Numbered from the stretch's first letter, positions 39,901-55,309 are shown. The stretch is 64,000 nt of DNA from Proteromonas lacertae (GCA_002245135.1 NGBS01000011.1:1-64000); one strand, 5' to 3'. Program-made: numbers and translations. The notes: generated by a model not told the origin, from the letters alone.

Positions 39901-42900
39901 TATCCAACTTGGGTGAAATTAACAGATTATCAAATTGTTGATGATGTTATTGATAATGATGATTATGAAGATGAAATATTAAAAGAATTAGAAAAGCACC
40001 AACAGAAATTACATGAAGTTCATTCACACAATATTGAAACATGTAAAGAATTGTCAAAGAGAATTCCATCAAAAGACTATTATACAGAAAAAGAGAATGA
40101 AAAAGAAAGAATTGAAGAATTAGAAAACAATTTCATACAATATTATTATTATAAAATCATATTTGAATCATTAATAAATGGAAGTAAAGATAAAGTGAGA
40201 CATGTGGAAGATCCAATAACAGAATGGACTATTAAAGCGAATAATAGACCATATCCAATAGAAAATAACAATCCTTATGACACTTGCTCTATTTGTTTTT
40301 CACGTATATATATATATATTATTATTTAATTATTTTATTTGTATAGATGTAATTGAAGATTGGAATCCAATAATTACATGCACAGGTTGTCAAGTTCAAT
40401 TCCATAAGGTTTGTTATGGCTTGACAGATGTGAATGGATTATATAATAGTGATTTTTATTGTGATGTTTGTTCAGATATTTATTGTCTTAGTTCTAGTAA
40501 TAACAGTTCTAGTAGAAGAAACTCATACAGTAATAATAATAATAATAATAACTCAATATCTCCTTCTCCATCTAATCTATTTCCTTATCAAAACTATCCA
40601 AAGTGTATGTTATGTGATTATAGTGGTGGTGCTTTAAGAAAAATTGATGATAATAAGTTCGTTCATTTGGCTTGTTGTTTATGGCTTCCTGGAATAATTA
40701 TTAATGATTTTGTTAAAATGATTGATATTACAATAAGTGAAGATTTATATAAATATGTGAATATTCCTGTAGTTCAAATGAATAATGATAATAAGAAAGA
40801 AGAAGAATATGAATTGAAGATTAAATATACAAACATCACAGATTTCCCAATTGTTGATGTTAATAATAAAGAGATTAATAATAATAAATTGAAAATAAAG
40901 AATATTCCAATACTTAAAATATCTAATAATCAGTGTATATACTGTAAATCAAATCATGGAATAACAATCAAATGTAGTGATCCAAATTGTAAAGAATATT
41001 TTCATTTATTTTGTGCATATTATAATGGAAATTATATGAGAGTAATTCAAAATGACAATTTGAGTGAAAATGGTTCTTATTGTTACTGTGGAGGTGGATG
41101 TGGAAATATTTATGAAATTTATTGTATAGATCATACACCAATCGATAAAAAAGAAGATGAAAATAAAGAAGAAAAAGGAAGTGATGAGTTTAAACTAACA
41201 ATTCCTGATATATCTCCAAAGAAAAAGAGACAAAATGAACAAATTGAATTAAGAAAACCAACAACCAACCATCCTTTACACTTCTTAGAGTTTTTAAATG
41301 AAATCTACATATATACAAATGTTGGAAGTTATAATTTGAATTATTATACTCCTGTAACTCAGCCAAATATCTCAACAACAACAACAACAACAACAACTTC
41401 ATCAAAGAATAGAATTAGAGATATAAATATATCATATTCACCAAATTCAACATCAGAATCATCATCAATAGTAAATTCTCCAAAGACTGATAATAACAAA
41501 GTGAAATTCGTTCTTTTAACTCCAGATATATATCCAGATAATACATGTATGAGTTGTCTAACCAAACAACCAATAGATTCATTAATTGAATGTCAAATTT
41601 GTCATGTTAAAACTCATCCTGCTTGTTATGGATTATCTAGTTCAATAATTAATAAAGACAAATCGAATTGGTTGTGTGATGTATGTTATGATAAGAATAA
41701 AGATATAAGATTCCTACTACAAGATCAAAATAATAATAATGATGATAAAGAATTGAGTAATACATTAAATACTGCAACAACAACAACTACAGTATATGCT
41801 GATCCAAATGATCCAAATGATGTTCCAAGATATGGTTGTTGCTTATGTCCTCATTCTAATGGAATATTGAAAAGAACAAATGATGGGTTGTATATACATA
41901 TGTATTGCGCAATGGTTCATAAACATGTACAATTTGTATTTGCTTCTAATGGAGAATTGATTGTTGATACTCACTTGTTACAACATAAATGGAGAAATAA
42001 ATATTCGTGTGAAATATGCAATCAAAGATGTGGTAAAACAATGGAGTGTAATACTGAAGGATGTAATAGACATTTTCATCCACTTTGTGCTTATTTTAAT
42101 AAAATTCCATTAGTTTATGAATGTGGTAACGGAGGTAATAATGATGAAGATCATGATATTTATGAATATAAGAATATAATAAGTAGAAATAACGTATTGT
42201 ATAATGCTTATGGAAAGATTATTCCTAAGTTATATTGTTTACATCATATTCCAGATACAGTGAAGTTTATTCCATATAGGAAATGTTTTATAAAAGTTAG
42301 ACCAAAAAGAATATATCAAGATTTATTAAAGAAATGCAGATGTTTAGAAAGAAAAGCAGAAGTTGAGAATGAAGAAAAGAAAGGCGGAAATGAAGGCTAT
42401 TTATCACTTGATAGTATTGACAAAATAGAAAAGGATTATAGAAATATAATCCAAAAAAAGAGAATGAGTATTGCTGAAAAGTTGAAAGACATTCAAAAGA
42501 ATGCAGAAAACGTGAGTAAACAGTATCATCGATTTATAACACGGAGAGATGTAAGAATTACTATTCCTGAAAGTATCAATCCAAACCAATTTAATAGCAA
42601 ATCTACAACAAGAGAAATTGATGAAAAAGAATTGATTGAAAGAAAAAGAATCAGAGATGAAAGAAGAATGAAAAGAAAAATAGTGAAAAGAAGAAAAAGA
42701 GAAGATATGATCAATTCAAAATCTAAACCAATAATGAGAATAAAAAGAAGTGGAAATAACATTTATAACAGTGGTGAAATAGATAATAATGATGAGAATT
42801 ATGACTTTTATGATTATTTCTGTATTTATGAGAGTGAAAATGGACTTGATTTTGATAATAGAAATATTCATTATCGATATGAAGAAGAAGAAGAAGATGA

Positions 42901-43534
42901 TGATAATAGTTATAACAATAGTGATGATAGTGAATTGGATTATTTATATTATAAAGAGTTAGAAGAATCAAGAAATAATAGAAGAATAAAAGAAATGAAT
43001 AGAATAAGAGAAAGAGGAAATATTAATAGTGATTATAATGACGTTAATAACGATGATAATGATGATGACGACGACGACAATATTGTAATTGTGCCTAAAG
43101 GAACAATTGATATGAATACTAGACAAGATATACCAATGTCATTACCAGAACCACCTCCATTTATTCAATCTAAATCATCAACAAAGAAGAAGAGCAAAAA
43201 GTCTGTTTCTAGTTATGATTCTGGTAATTATAGCTATAGTTCTCATAAGAGAAATAGAAAACAATCTGCTAGTGGTGTTGAGGTTGAATCTACTCAATGT
43301 TCAATGAACTTAAGACATAACTCTGTTTTCAATTATAACACAACCATTATTGATGATAATTACAAACCAATCAGCAAGATTTTATCTAGTAGTCCAAATC
43401 AGCCAATTCCCAAAGAAATTGATAATAGTTATTTAGATTTTGATGTATCTGACGAAGATGATTTGACAAAGAAAAATAAAAGAAAGACACCAAAGCGTCC
43501 CAACAATAGTAGCAAAAAGACAAAATATAACTGA
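36915..43534 (+). CDS. Large chromatin reader with three PHD + ePHD (PZP, Jade/BRPF/AF10-type) modules and an AT-hook
   Basis: CEIC..CSSC.FTVHKECY..WLCDRC; CSIC..CTGC.VQFHKVCYG..CDVC..CMLC..GGAL..VHLAC; CMSC..CQIC.VKTHPACYG..WLCDVC..CCLCP..HMYCA..FHPLCA; KRGRPRK; two introns. Confidence 0.85.
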
Positions 43535-43806
43535 ATATAAATTATTTTTATTGTTCTAATGTGAGTTTAAATTGATCTACAAATAACATAGCGCTTTATA
43601 ATGGGTATATGAAGAGAAAAGAACAAAAATCAAAAAAAAGAAATCAAACTAAAAGCTTGACCGTTTTTTCGTTTCTTTTAAATTAAGTATTTTTTTATAG
43701 CTTAAATACCTTCTCTTGATTTTTATATTTCTTTTAATTCATCTATTTATTCCTTATAATATATATATAGGATTTTATTATTATTCAAATAGGTTAGTAG
43801 CAGATT

Positions 43807-45015
43807 ATGAGTACTCTAGAAGACGATTTTGAAGATAATGAGTTTGATGACACTAACAAACAAGAAAATAATCCAATAGATGATCCACAAGATCCAAATT
43901 ATGAAAACATAGATAATGCAGATGATAAACCAATAGATACACAGAACGAAAATGAAAATCAATATGACAATGATGAAAATGAAGGTAAATATGAAAACAC
44001 AGAAAACATTGAAGAAAATAAAGAAAACAAACCAGATTCTCCAATAGAACAACAACAACCAGAACAAGATGAAGTAAAACCTCAACAAGAAGAAAAATAT
44101 AATGAAGAAGAAGAACAGCCACAACAACAACAACAACAATATCGAGATGAAGAAAAAGAAAAAGAAGAAGAAGAAAAATACAACGAAAGAGAAGAAGAAG
44201 AAGAAGAAGAAGAAAGAAAAGAGAATGAAATAATGGAAAATAATGAAGAACCTGAAGAAGAAGAAGAAGAAGAAGCAAAAGATAATGAAAGTCAAGATGA
44301 AAACACAGTTCAAGATTTCATCCAAGTATTAGAAGAACATCGAAAGAACTGTGAAAAACAAGGTAAATATGTAGAAGCTGAAATAGCCAAAAATCGATTA
44401 GAAGAATTAAGATTACATGAAGAAAATCGAAGACGAGAACAAATGAGAAGTCGTCAAATAGCTGAGACTTTAGGTGTAGAAGAAGCTCATATGATGGAAT
44501 ATCAAGAATTCAATGTAGAATGGGATAAGAAGATGGCTGATTATGAACAACATTCTAAAGAATTATTAGATGAGATGAAGAATCGACATGAAGATGAATT
44601 AGCTCGATTCCAAGAAGAATTAATCAGTAAACAAGCAAAACCTAAATTTTCAAGTGAATTATTGAATTTACGAAGAGTTCAAGATGTATTAGCTCGTCAA
44701 AAAGATTATGCTGAAGCTCACAAAATCAAACTAAAGGCTGATAGTTTAGAAGCTTGGGAAGTTGAAAAATGGAAGAATAAAAAACAAACTGAGATGTATA
44801 GAAAAGAAGGTAAATTTAAGAATAAACAAGATCAAGAATTAAAAGCATTACATATGAGAATTCAAGCTGGTCGAGAAGAGCAAAAGAAACGAAGGCAATT
44901 AGATTTAGAAAGATTGTTACTTCGATATCAAAATGTGAAAGCTGCATTGGAAATTCAACATACTCAAGAAAAGATGCGATTTGATCGAACAGCTAGATTA
45001 AATGCCACATCCTAA
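43807..45015 (+). CDS. Acidic N-terminus plus long coiled-coil protein of unknown function
   Basis: 402-aa uninterrupted ORF with a conserved-looking C-terminal half (EEHRKNCEKQGKYVEAE, PKFSSELLNLR, QKDYAEA). Confidence 0.75.
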   Translation: MSTLEDDFEDNEFDDTNKQENNPIDDPQDPNYENIDNADDKPIDTQNENENQYDNDENEGKYENTENIEENKENKPDSPIEQQQPEQDEVKPQQEEKYNEEEEQPQQQQQQYRDEEKEKEEEEKYNEREEEEEEEERKENEIMENNEEPEEEEEEEAKDNESQDENTVQDFIQVLEEHRKNCEKQGKYVEAEIAKNRLEELRLHEENRRREQMRSRQIAETLGVEEAHMMEYQEFNVEWDKKMADYEQHSKELLDEMKNRHEDELARFQEELISKQAKPKFSSELLNLRRVQDVLARQKDYAEAHKIKLKADSLEAWEVEKWKNKKQTEMYRKEGKFKNKQDQELKALHMRIQAGREEQKKRRQLDLERLLLRYQNVKAALEIQHTQEKMRFDRTARLNATS

Positions 45016-45606
45016 ATAATAATTCTTATAAGAAATGTTTAATATTTTATCTATTATTTTAATACAATTTTCAGTTTATCTTATAACACCATCTTTCTTA
45101 TCTACGAATATATGTAATGTAATATAATTTAGCCCCAGAGGTTAGCATTATGCAAAGAACATCTGCCACAATAGAAAAATAACAATAAAACCATTCCATA
45201 ATAATGTTATTTTATGTAGAAAACATGTATTACTTTAATTATTTTGATATATTATCACAATTTCAAAAAATAAATATCAATATTTTCCACTATTTGCTCC
45301 AGCATCACTTCATAAAGTTCAATACATCTTTAAAAGTTCTTTATACAACCAATTTCCGTTTATATTCTCTTCGTTTATTCTCAAGCTTTTTTCATATTGC
45401 TTGGCTTGAGGTACTGAATTATTTTTATTGTTTCAATACTCTTCACACTATATATTTCACAGATTTAATATATAAATACCAAAAAAGTCAATAAGACTTA
45501 AGAAAGAAAGATTTTAAAACTAAGAGTAGTCAATTTTACAGCAACTAACTAGTTTAATCAGATATTAGTATTTTAAATACAGAATAAATTATTACGTAGA
45601 AAAATC

Positions 45607-48600
45607 ATGTCAATCGTGGATTTGCACATCAGTTATGGCATTGGATTGCCTGAAAGTTGTTTCCACAAAGTAGTCGGTACAGATGGAGTGTTAAATGATT
45701 TAGGAGTAGGTACTAATCTTAAAGTATATCTTTGGTTTAAGTGGGGAAATAATGATGAAGCAGGAATAACAAAATTGTTAATAAGCAAGAAAAATGAAGT
45801 TCCAAGTGATTATCACATGATAGAAAATAGTATAAATGGAAATAGTACAGATGGTGACGATTCATTATATATCAGTTATAAGAAAGAGCCGAATGAGACT
45901 GAAATAACAAAATTATGTTTAGTATTAGACAATGCAGAACTCTGTATAAATTATTATAAAATCTAATTTTTTTACAGCAAATGAATATACAAAGATTCAG
46001 CCTCCCTTAGTGACTTATAAATCAGACAATGATTCAGCATCGCATTCAATATACTTATGTTATTCAACAGTGAAGCAACAAATACGTAATACATCTCATA
46101 ATAACAATAGCAATAATCAACAACAAATACATTATTTAGTGTCAGATCATCATCATCAACAGCATATTCATCCAACTTCACCATCATCTCCCAAACAAAT
46201 AATGTTAGTGAAAACAGATGATAATAATAATTATTCGCCAAGATATAACGATTATAGTAGTAAAACATTCAATTTTAAAGTATATATATATATTATTATT
46301 ATTATTTTAGGTGAATCAAAGAGTCGATGTTCTTAAGAATTATAGTTACAGCGATGATAGTTGTTATACGTGTGGTATTATTGTTGACATTGATGAAATA
46401 AGTGAATATTGTCTTGTAAAATTACCATATGAAAATAATCCAGTCAGAATAGAAAAGAATTTGATCAGAGAGTATAAATCATGTATATTTAAAGAATATA
46501 AAAAGAAAAGAGGAAATGTATATATATGTCTATTAATTTATATATATTTTTATAGTGTAAAATCGATGAAACAAATGCTGCTGATTATTTAGAAAAGTTA
46601 CTTTACAGCACTAATTTCAATACAATTAATGATTATGATTTAGATTCAATTATAACGATATATATAGTTCCATTCATTTATTCAACTTGTAGAAGTATAA
46701 ATACTAGTTTCAATATAAATGTAAATGTAAATGCTAATAACAAAGTATATCCAAATGTTATTCGTATTTTAAGAATGATAATTGAAGTATATTTTTATAT
46801 ATTTAATATATATTTATCTATAATTATATTTTATAGTTATTGGTTCATTTATTTGATAGATGTAACTGCTTTGTTTCATATCAAGTTTGCTTGTATTATT
46901 TATTAGTAAAAAAGACAAATAATAATAATAACATTATTATTCATAACAACAGAAGAATGATGAATCCTTATTCTGATGATGATGACGATGATGAAGATAA
47001 TGATCATGCAGTAACACATTTAGATGAAGTAGAAAAAGTAAAAATAAGAGATGATAAAAGAGAAGTAAAAAGGATTAAATATGAATATGACAAAAGTATA
47101 GAAATCAAACAAAAGAATGATTTATATGATGTTATTGAATGTTTTTTTAAATGTAGAGGATTTGATAAAATATCAAGTTGCATTATATATGAAGTATATA
47201 TATATATATATATAATTCACTATTAATTCATTATAGAGTTATGAAATGACAATAACAGATAGATCATTCTATTTAGAAGTTGTTATGAGTGTTTTACAAT
47301 ACATAGACTATAATTTCTATAAGACATGTTATGCAAATACTGTTCAAGTTGGAATACATACCATTTTAATGGCATTAAATGAAGAAGTGTTTTTATCAGA
47401 AAAAGAAACATTTTGGGTTGATTTAGTGAATTGTGAATATGTTGATGAAAAGTATATTCATGTTTATATCTTTACTTTATTCAAATTCTTATTGAAGAAG
47501 TGTTCTGAAAAGAATAATGGAACGTATAATAATAATCATAATAAATATAAAAAGAGTTTAATAAAGTTTTTAAACAAATACTGCTGTGTAGAAAGTAAAA
47601 TCAATAATTATAGATTCTACTTACCTCCTGGAAGATTTTTAGATATATTGAATGAATCAAATAATTTCTATGTTGTGTTAGATGCTATAGGATATATAAA
47701 TCATATTTATAATTCTGATAATAACGAAATATTAATGTTTTTATTTCAATGTTTAAGGGATGAAAATCAAATGATTCCTGAACATTTAATTAAGCAATTA
47801 CTTAGTATAAAAAAAAGTAAAAACAATGGAAATTATAGCCCAAGAAGTTATTATTTTGATAGTGAAGATACTCTAGAGTTATATATAAAAAATACAATTG
47901 ATATTAGTGTATTACAAAGAATAAAAGAAATAATAGAAAGAGATGAGCCAATTAATGATTATCATATATTTATAATGGAAAAACTATTAAATCGAGTAAA
48001 TGATGTAATTAAAACTCCAAATTATCAAATTTCTAATTCACTTATAAGATCAATTGATGAATTTTATGATAGAATCGGATGTATTCGTTTTTTCATTAAT
48101 ATTTATATTAATGATGAATATATGGGTTCATCTCTTTCTAAAGATATAATTAATAAGTTATATCAATATATTAGCAACTTGGATTTATCATTTTTAATTA
48201 ATCAAGAATCTGAACAGATGTTTTTTACAAAAGAAAATTATATCATATTTTTATTAAATAATTGTATACTTAAGGAGTTTAATAAAGAAATACAAAAACA
48301 TTCATTTACAGCAAAATTAATAAGAATAACTTCATTAATATTCAAGTTCAAATCATTAGTTTATAACTCAAAATGGATTGAAAATAATGTATCTGGTATA
48401 GTGAATACTCTTGGTGGATCTCTTACTGACTTCTTTAGAAGAAGTAATAATTATTTAAATGAAAATCAATTCGATAGAATTATTGATATATTACTGTATA
48501 TATATATATATATATATATAAAATAATAATAATAATAATACATAGAGATATTGCTTCTAAAGATAGTTATCCGATTGAAATTATTACATTCATTTTCGAT

Positions 48601-51600
48601 TGTATTAGTGGTTGCAAAATGTTTAACTCTGACAGATTTATGAATAGCTTTTTGTTGAAATTTAGTAATACAATTAGTAATAATGACTGTTCTTTCACAG
48701 AGGATTTTTATGATTTCATTCTTAGTAACATGTTGTTAAATCAAAGGAGTGATTTTTATGATTTAGTTCATGTAAAAACGTTATTTGAACAGTATATATT
48801 TATAATATATATTTTATAATGTAATTAGAATATTATCCAAGTTAAAGAATACATATAATTCAAGTGTTATGCCTTTATTATTTTCAATAATGACTTCTGT
48901 ATATATATATTTTTTATATTTCACATAGAATCAATATAAATTAAATGATAAAATGCCGTTTTATAAAGGAATAGTCAATACTTTAATCTCAAATTGTGAC
49001 AGTTGTAATTTAGATGCATTTTTTAAAGATTTCGTCGAGATATTTAAAGAATATTATACATCATCAAATGACACTAACAACGCAGTTATATTTATATTAT
49101 TATATGAATTAGTTACTATTGTTTCACCATCTCTTTATTCAGTAATGAATAATAGATAGTATAAATATATTCTCTCTCTTTTTATTATTATAATGATATA
49201 GTGATCTATACTTAGAACCAAATCAAAGTGTTTTACATGTTCAGAGAATTGTAACAAGACAAATATTTAAAAATCAAATGATTAATACCAGTAAAAGAAA
49301 AAGAGATAATTCACCAATTTATATTGATAGAATACCTACATCGCATAGTTATATGCAACAACAGCAACAACAACATTTACAACCTACGATTGAACAACAT
49401 AAACAAATAAAGAATTATTACATGATTTACAATAAAAATGATACAATAGGTACACTAAAGTCATTTTTAGGTCCAAAATTTTCAAGTAGTAATTTTGGAA
49501 TGACAATTCGTAAAGATGATAATAGTACTGAATTGAATGATGATGAGAAAGTTCCAGAAAATGAAGTGATTGTTGTTGATCCATCATGGTCAAATGGTTC
49601 TGAGCCAACTGATATTGTTGATTGTAGATTAATGTATATTAATTATTATATTTTTAAATAGTTCTGGTTTATCTAATAATATGGATTTATATGAGATTGT
49701 TCAATCTGGATTATTATCTCCAAATGAAAAATGTTCAATTTGTTGTTACAATATTCTAAAGTATTTTGAAATTCCTAATGAAGTAAGAGAATCTGCTTTG
49801 AATAATGAAAATCCAGATATATACTCATTGAAGACAGAAGACTCATTGACATTATATAACTTATCAATTATTTATAGAAGTATAACTGATGATAACTATT
49901 TTGATGATTTTAAGAATAAGAATGGAATTGAAAATATAATAAATTGTGCTGAAACGCTTTGTAATAGTAATGTTGACTTAGAGAATAAATCAATTCAAAT
50001 GATATTCGAAATGTTGTGTTATATATTCAATATCATTTTCAATAAGAGTAACAGTAATGATTATGAAGATATTTTATTCAGTGGGATGAGAATTTTACCA
50101 ATTTTTATACCTGAAATTATTAAACTGTTGGAAAAATTGAATAATGTTAAGTATATTATTATTATTTTCATTTATATATATTTTCTAGAACATGTGATCT
50201 TCAAAATTATGAAAATTGCCTTACTCATATAATAGAAACTTGTACTTTAGTACTTAGTTTTGAATCTGATGATGTAATATTTACTGTCTTTTCAGCAATA
50301 CCATTAGAACCATTGTTACTATCCTCTTTAATGTTACAAAATAACAAAGTATTAGAATCATTTATCACTAAAATTGTAGTTGGTTTAACTAAAAATGAAT
50401 CTATTAAAGGTTTGATATTAGATATATATTATGACATATTCGATAATCATATTAATGAAATTTACAAGTTCTTTGATTCTATCGGATTATTCTTCAAATT
50501 GTTTACCTATTTTGTTGATTCAATTCCTGAATCAGATTGTGCTATTTTAATTCCTTTGTTCTGTAAATTGATTTACAATCATCCAATCTTAGAATTAGAA
50601 TATAATTATAATGATATTAATAGAAATGGTAATAATTATATTTTGCCAAATAATATTTCTTCTGCAAATACAATTACTAATATTCTACCAGATAATGAAG
50701 ATTTATTATTACAAAGATACTTTTATATCTTAAATAGAATGTTAGGGAAATATAAGTTTGAAAGTGATGATGAATATATAAGAATATACAATTTACTAAT
50801 GTCTAATGTATTATTCATTTCACCCAATTATAAAGTATGTAATTCTAATATTTATCCACCAAAAACGAAGAATATAATTACAATATACTTTGGATTTGAT
50901 GTTTTATTTACTGTGTGTAAAGCTTCAGTGAGATGTGCAACAGCATTTTCACAATTTTTAACAAATCATTATCAGAATTTAAAGAAAACTGATTTAATAT
51001 TAGAGAAATACAATATGAAGAATGATAATTTGAAAATAAGAAAATCAAACTGTCAAACAGGTTTGACTGGTTTAAAGAATTGTGGAAGTACTTGTTATAT
51101 GAATTCTGTATTACAACAACTATATATGATTCCTGAGTTTAAACAATCAATAATTAATATACAAATACCTTTCTATGAGAATAAACAAACTGATTTGTTA
51201 TACCAATTTCAAAGGTTATTTGTATTACTTCAAAATAGTCCATTAGAGTTTGTTTCACCATTAGATTTTATAAAATCATGTAAAATCAATGGAGAAGATA
51301 TTCGATTAGGAGTTCAAGGTGATGCAGTTGAGTTTATGCAACAAATATTCCAAAATATTGAGAATCGATTATCTGCAACAAAATACGAACATTTTTTGAG
51401 TGATGTTTTTGGTGCTGAAGATATAAGTGAATTACGAGCAAGATGTAGTTATTATACTAATAAAATGCACCAGTCAATTCGTACTAATCAATCTTATATG
51501 TTTACTGTGGATGTATTGAATATGAATTCATTAGAAGAATCATTAAAAGCATATATATCAAGCGAAGTGGTTGAATATAGTTGGGATGAAGAAGAGGAGG

Positions 51601-54304
51601 AAGATGTAGATAATGATGATGATGATGAAGAAGAAGAAATGGGAATGGGAAGAAGTAAAGAGAGCAATATGGAAGAAGAAGAAGAAGGTAATGATGATGA
51701 TGACGGAAAACATTTACATCATAAAAGTAAAAATAATAATCACAATTATCCAAAGAAAGATAAATTAGATACAACCAAAAGAACTTCATTAGGAAAATGT
51801 CCTCAACATTTAATAATCCATTTAAAAAGATTCACACATGATTCCATGTTTGAATTTAGGAAAGTAAACACCTATTTTTCATTTCCTAATGATTTAGATA
51901 TATATCCATATACAGCTGAAGGAAGACCTGATGATCCAATCCCAAATTCAAACTCTCAATCAAGAAATAATTACATGTATAAGTTAAGAGGAGTAGTTGT
52001 TCATTCTGGTACAATGCAAAGTGGACATTATTATTCATATATACAAAGTAGATATTCTAATAAATGGTATGAGTTTAATGATACTACAGTTAGACCATTT
52101 GATCCTTCTAAGATCAGTGAAGAATGTTTTGGAAATAGTAATTATAATAACAATAATAATAATAATATAAACTATTTTAATAGCAATGATACAAATGGAT
52201 TTGTTTTAGGTGGTGCTGGTGGAAACAATAGTGGAGATGTTTCTCCAATTGTTGGAATAACTGATTTACCAATAGAATGTTCCAAGAATGCTTTAATATT
52301 ATTCTACGATCATGTTGAGTATAAAGTGGATGATCCAATACCAATAACACCAGCTCCATCTATCAATATGTCTGATAAAAGAAGTGAAATTAGTAATTCA
52401 ATTGATGAAAATGAAGATGTATTTTTATTTGGAAAGATTAATCCAATGTATTTAGGTGGTACTCTTGCTGATATTAGAAAGAATAAAGATGAAGAAGAGA
52501 GTTTGAATCAAATGATGGTTAATAATAATAATGAAGAAATTAGTGGAATAATTTCTACACCAAAGATATTTGATGATGAATTGAGTGATTTAAACGACTT
52601 AATGGAATTAATGAAAATGGGATATGGTGGAAATTCATCATTTTTAACAAGATTTCAAAATAGAATATTCATTTTTGTTAATCAATTATTAGATCATTAT
52701 AAGAACAATGATGAAATAAAGAGCTGTTATTATGAATATATTTCTACAATATATAAATTAGATCCAAATATCTTGAAAGATTTGTCTAATTATTCAGAAT
52801 TAATGAATTTATTTATAACTAATAACAGTAGCAACAACAATGAAAATAATGATAATGATAATAGCCAGATGGGAAGTATTGAAGATGATAAAGTAACTGA
52901 AGAATCGATGAATCATTGGAAAATCATAGAAATGGAATTACAAAAGCTATTGGATGAACCAGGTGAAGAGAATAGAAAGAAGTGTTTATCATTGATTGAT
53001 CCTATTTTCGACAAAAAGAAGAATATTTTGAGGTTGTTTTTGAATGATAATAACAGATTTGGTACAATACCAAACACTGGAAAAGAATATGAGAAAACTA
53101 AATCATTATGTATTTATATTATACTGAAAATATATGAAATATTAACAAAAAGTGATGGATTTGAAGTACAACAAATTTTACATTTGATATTTGAAGTATG
53201 TAAAGGAAATGAAGAACTCTGTAAATTGCTTATAAAATGTGGTTTTGTAACTGTTATTATTGACAAAATATATAGTATAGAAAATGACAATTTTTCATTT
53301 ACTGATTTATGTTATGAATATGGAATTAAAGCTGTAAATATGTTGTTGAAATTTGCACAATTGAATCCAACAGATTCAATAATTGGATCAGTAAAAGTAG
53401 ACGAAGATACAATAAAGAAGATTTATCAATTTAAAATTGAAACGCTTTTAGATTTGCTTAATAAACAAAATGCTAGAAAATTTGATTATCGAGATTTTTT
53501 GACTAATATATACACCAATAATGTATATTTTATTGACATATTATAATGTAAAATATATAGATTGATGAATGTGAAAAAGCTTTAACTGAATATTTAGATA
53601 GTACATTATATCCCAAACAATGTCCTTCAAGCCTTGATTCAAACTGGCATATACCTATTACTGTATATTATATTATTATATATTTATATAATAGTTCATT
53701 ATAAATATTCAAGACAAATATAGAGAAAGAAGAATCGATTTTATACTCTCAAATGTATTTTCAAGAACTGGAAAAATGGGAAATGGCAATGGATTTAATT
53801 CATTTAAACAAACAGTATTGTTACAGATGATAAGAAATGCACAAAGATTTAAAGATGTTCATATATGGATGAAATATAAATTATATCATTTTTTCTTTGT
53901 TATTATTAAGATATTTCTTTAATTCATATTTTACTAATGATTGGTTTGATCAATTGAAAAAACCAAATTATGGTAGTGACAATGATAAATCAGACTTAAG
54001 CGAATTGGCATTTTATCAAGGATTTAGCTTATACAATTCGAATGAGAAATGGATAATAAAACTAGCCAAGATGATTGAAGATCAGAATGAATTACCAAAA
54101 TATTTGTTCGATCCATTAATGCCAGATAATCTCTGCAACTGTAAATATAAAGAGAATGCGAAGAGTTATTGGGTAAGCGTCTTGTGTTATGATCCAGATA
54201 AAGATATGTTTACAGTTGTGGATGATAATGGAAATGTTGAAGAAATCAATTTATTTAGTGATAGAGGTTTTAAAGATTGGGAACAGCCTTATGATTGTTT
54301 TTAA
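45607..54304 (+). CDS. Large C19 ubiquitin-specific protease (USP9/24/34-like) with an N-terminal MABP-like domain; many introns
   Basis: Cys box GLKNCGSTCYMNSVLQQL; QGDAVEF; HLKRF; His box GVVVHSGTMQSGHYYSYI; WYEFND. Consecutive + ORFs are linked by GT..AG introns. Confidence 0.85.
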
Positions 54305-54535
54305 ATTTATTAAAATTAATATCATTCATGAAAAACTCTACAAATTTATTATTATTATATTGCTATAATCATATTTTGTTGGATATAATGGTATAATAAA
54401 TAAAATATCTTTTTTAAGAGAAGATTTCCTTTTAAATGGAAATTTCTATTTTCTATCTTTTCTACTCCTATAAACTAACATATTGCAACACATTTTTTCA
54501 GATTAAAAACACAAAACAAAAAAGCATAAATACAT

Positions 54536-55071
54536 TTACTGAATTATACAACATTTACTTTGATATTTAGGATTTACTACATTATTTTCTTCTTTTTCTA
54601 TCTCACCCTTTTTCTCTTTATTTTCTACATCTTCTTTTACAGGTTGAACCTCTTCAACTTTTTCTTTTTCTTTTTCTTTTTCTTTTTTCTTTTTCTTTTT
54701 CTTTTTCTTTTTCTTTTTCTTTTCTTTTTCTTTTTCTTTTTCTTTTTCTTTTTCTTTTTCTTTTTCTTTTTCTTTTTCTTTTTCTTTTTCTTTTTCTTTT
54801 TCTTTTTCTTTTTCTTTTTCTTTTTCCTTATTCTCATTTTCTTTAAGTTTTGTACTTTGATGTTGATGATGATGTTGATGATGATGGTGATTTGGACTAT
54901 CTTTACTTTTAGGCTCTTCTTTCACATTATTCACTGCATTCTTATTTTTTGGTGATTCTGGTTGTTTTAATGGTTTATCTTCATTTTTAATCTCATCTTT
55001 CTTATCTGAATCATTATTATTAGTTGTTATATTTGGAAGATTCTCATTATTTTCTTTTTTATTAACTTCCA

Positions 55072-55119
<48 letters not shown>

Positions 55120-55309
55120 CATTTCCAGTCAAATCATGAACAACTGGTGGAGCATCTTTTATTTCTTCAATATCACTATCTGCTCCATTATCTTCATTAC
55201 TTGGTAGTGAAAGAGCAGCAGCAAGAGGAATATTTTTACCTTTATCATCTACTCTATTAATAATAACATCTTCATTTAGAGGCATTATATCACTATCTGT
55301 ACTATTACT

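Noticed and set aside
43816..44325. Phe/Leu-rich antisense ORFs (also 54560-54955 and 14934-15308)
   Set aside because: These are reverse-complement shadows of poly-E/K/N/T coding tracts.
45120..45500. Intergenic stretch with an intron-like segment on the minus strand and a 96-aa + ORF
   Set aside because: I could not build a convincing spliced ORF or recognise an ncRNA motif. Left unresolved.
54670..54725. Poly-Lys run within the (EK)n tract
   Set aside because: It arises from phase shifts inside the hexamer repeat and may be compensating indel errors.
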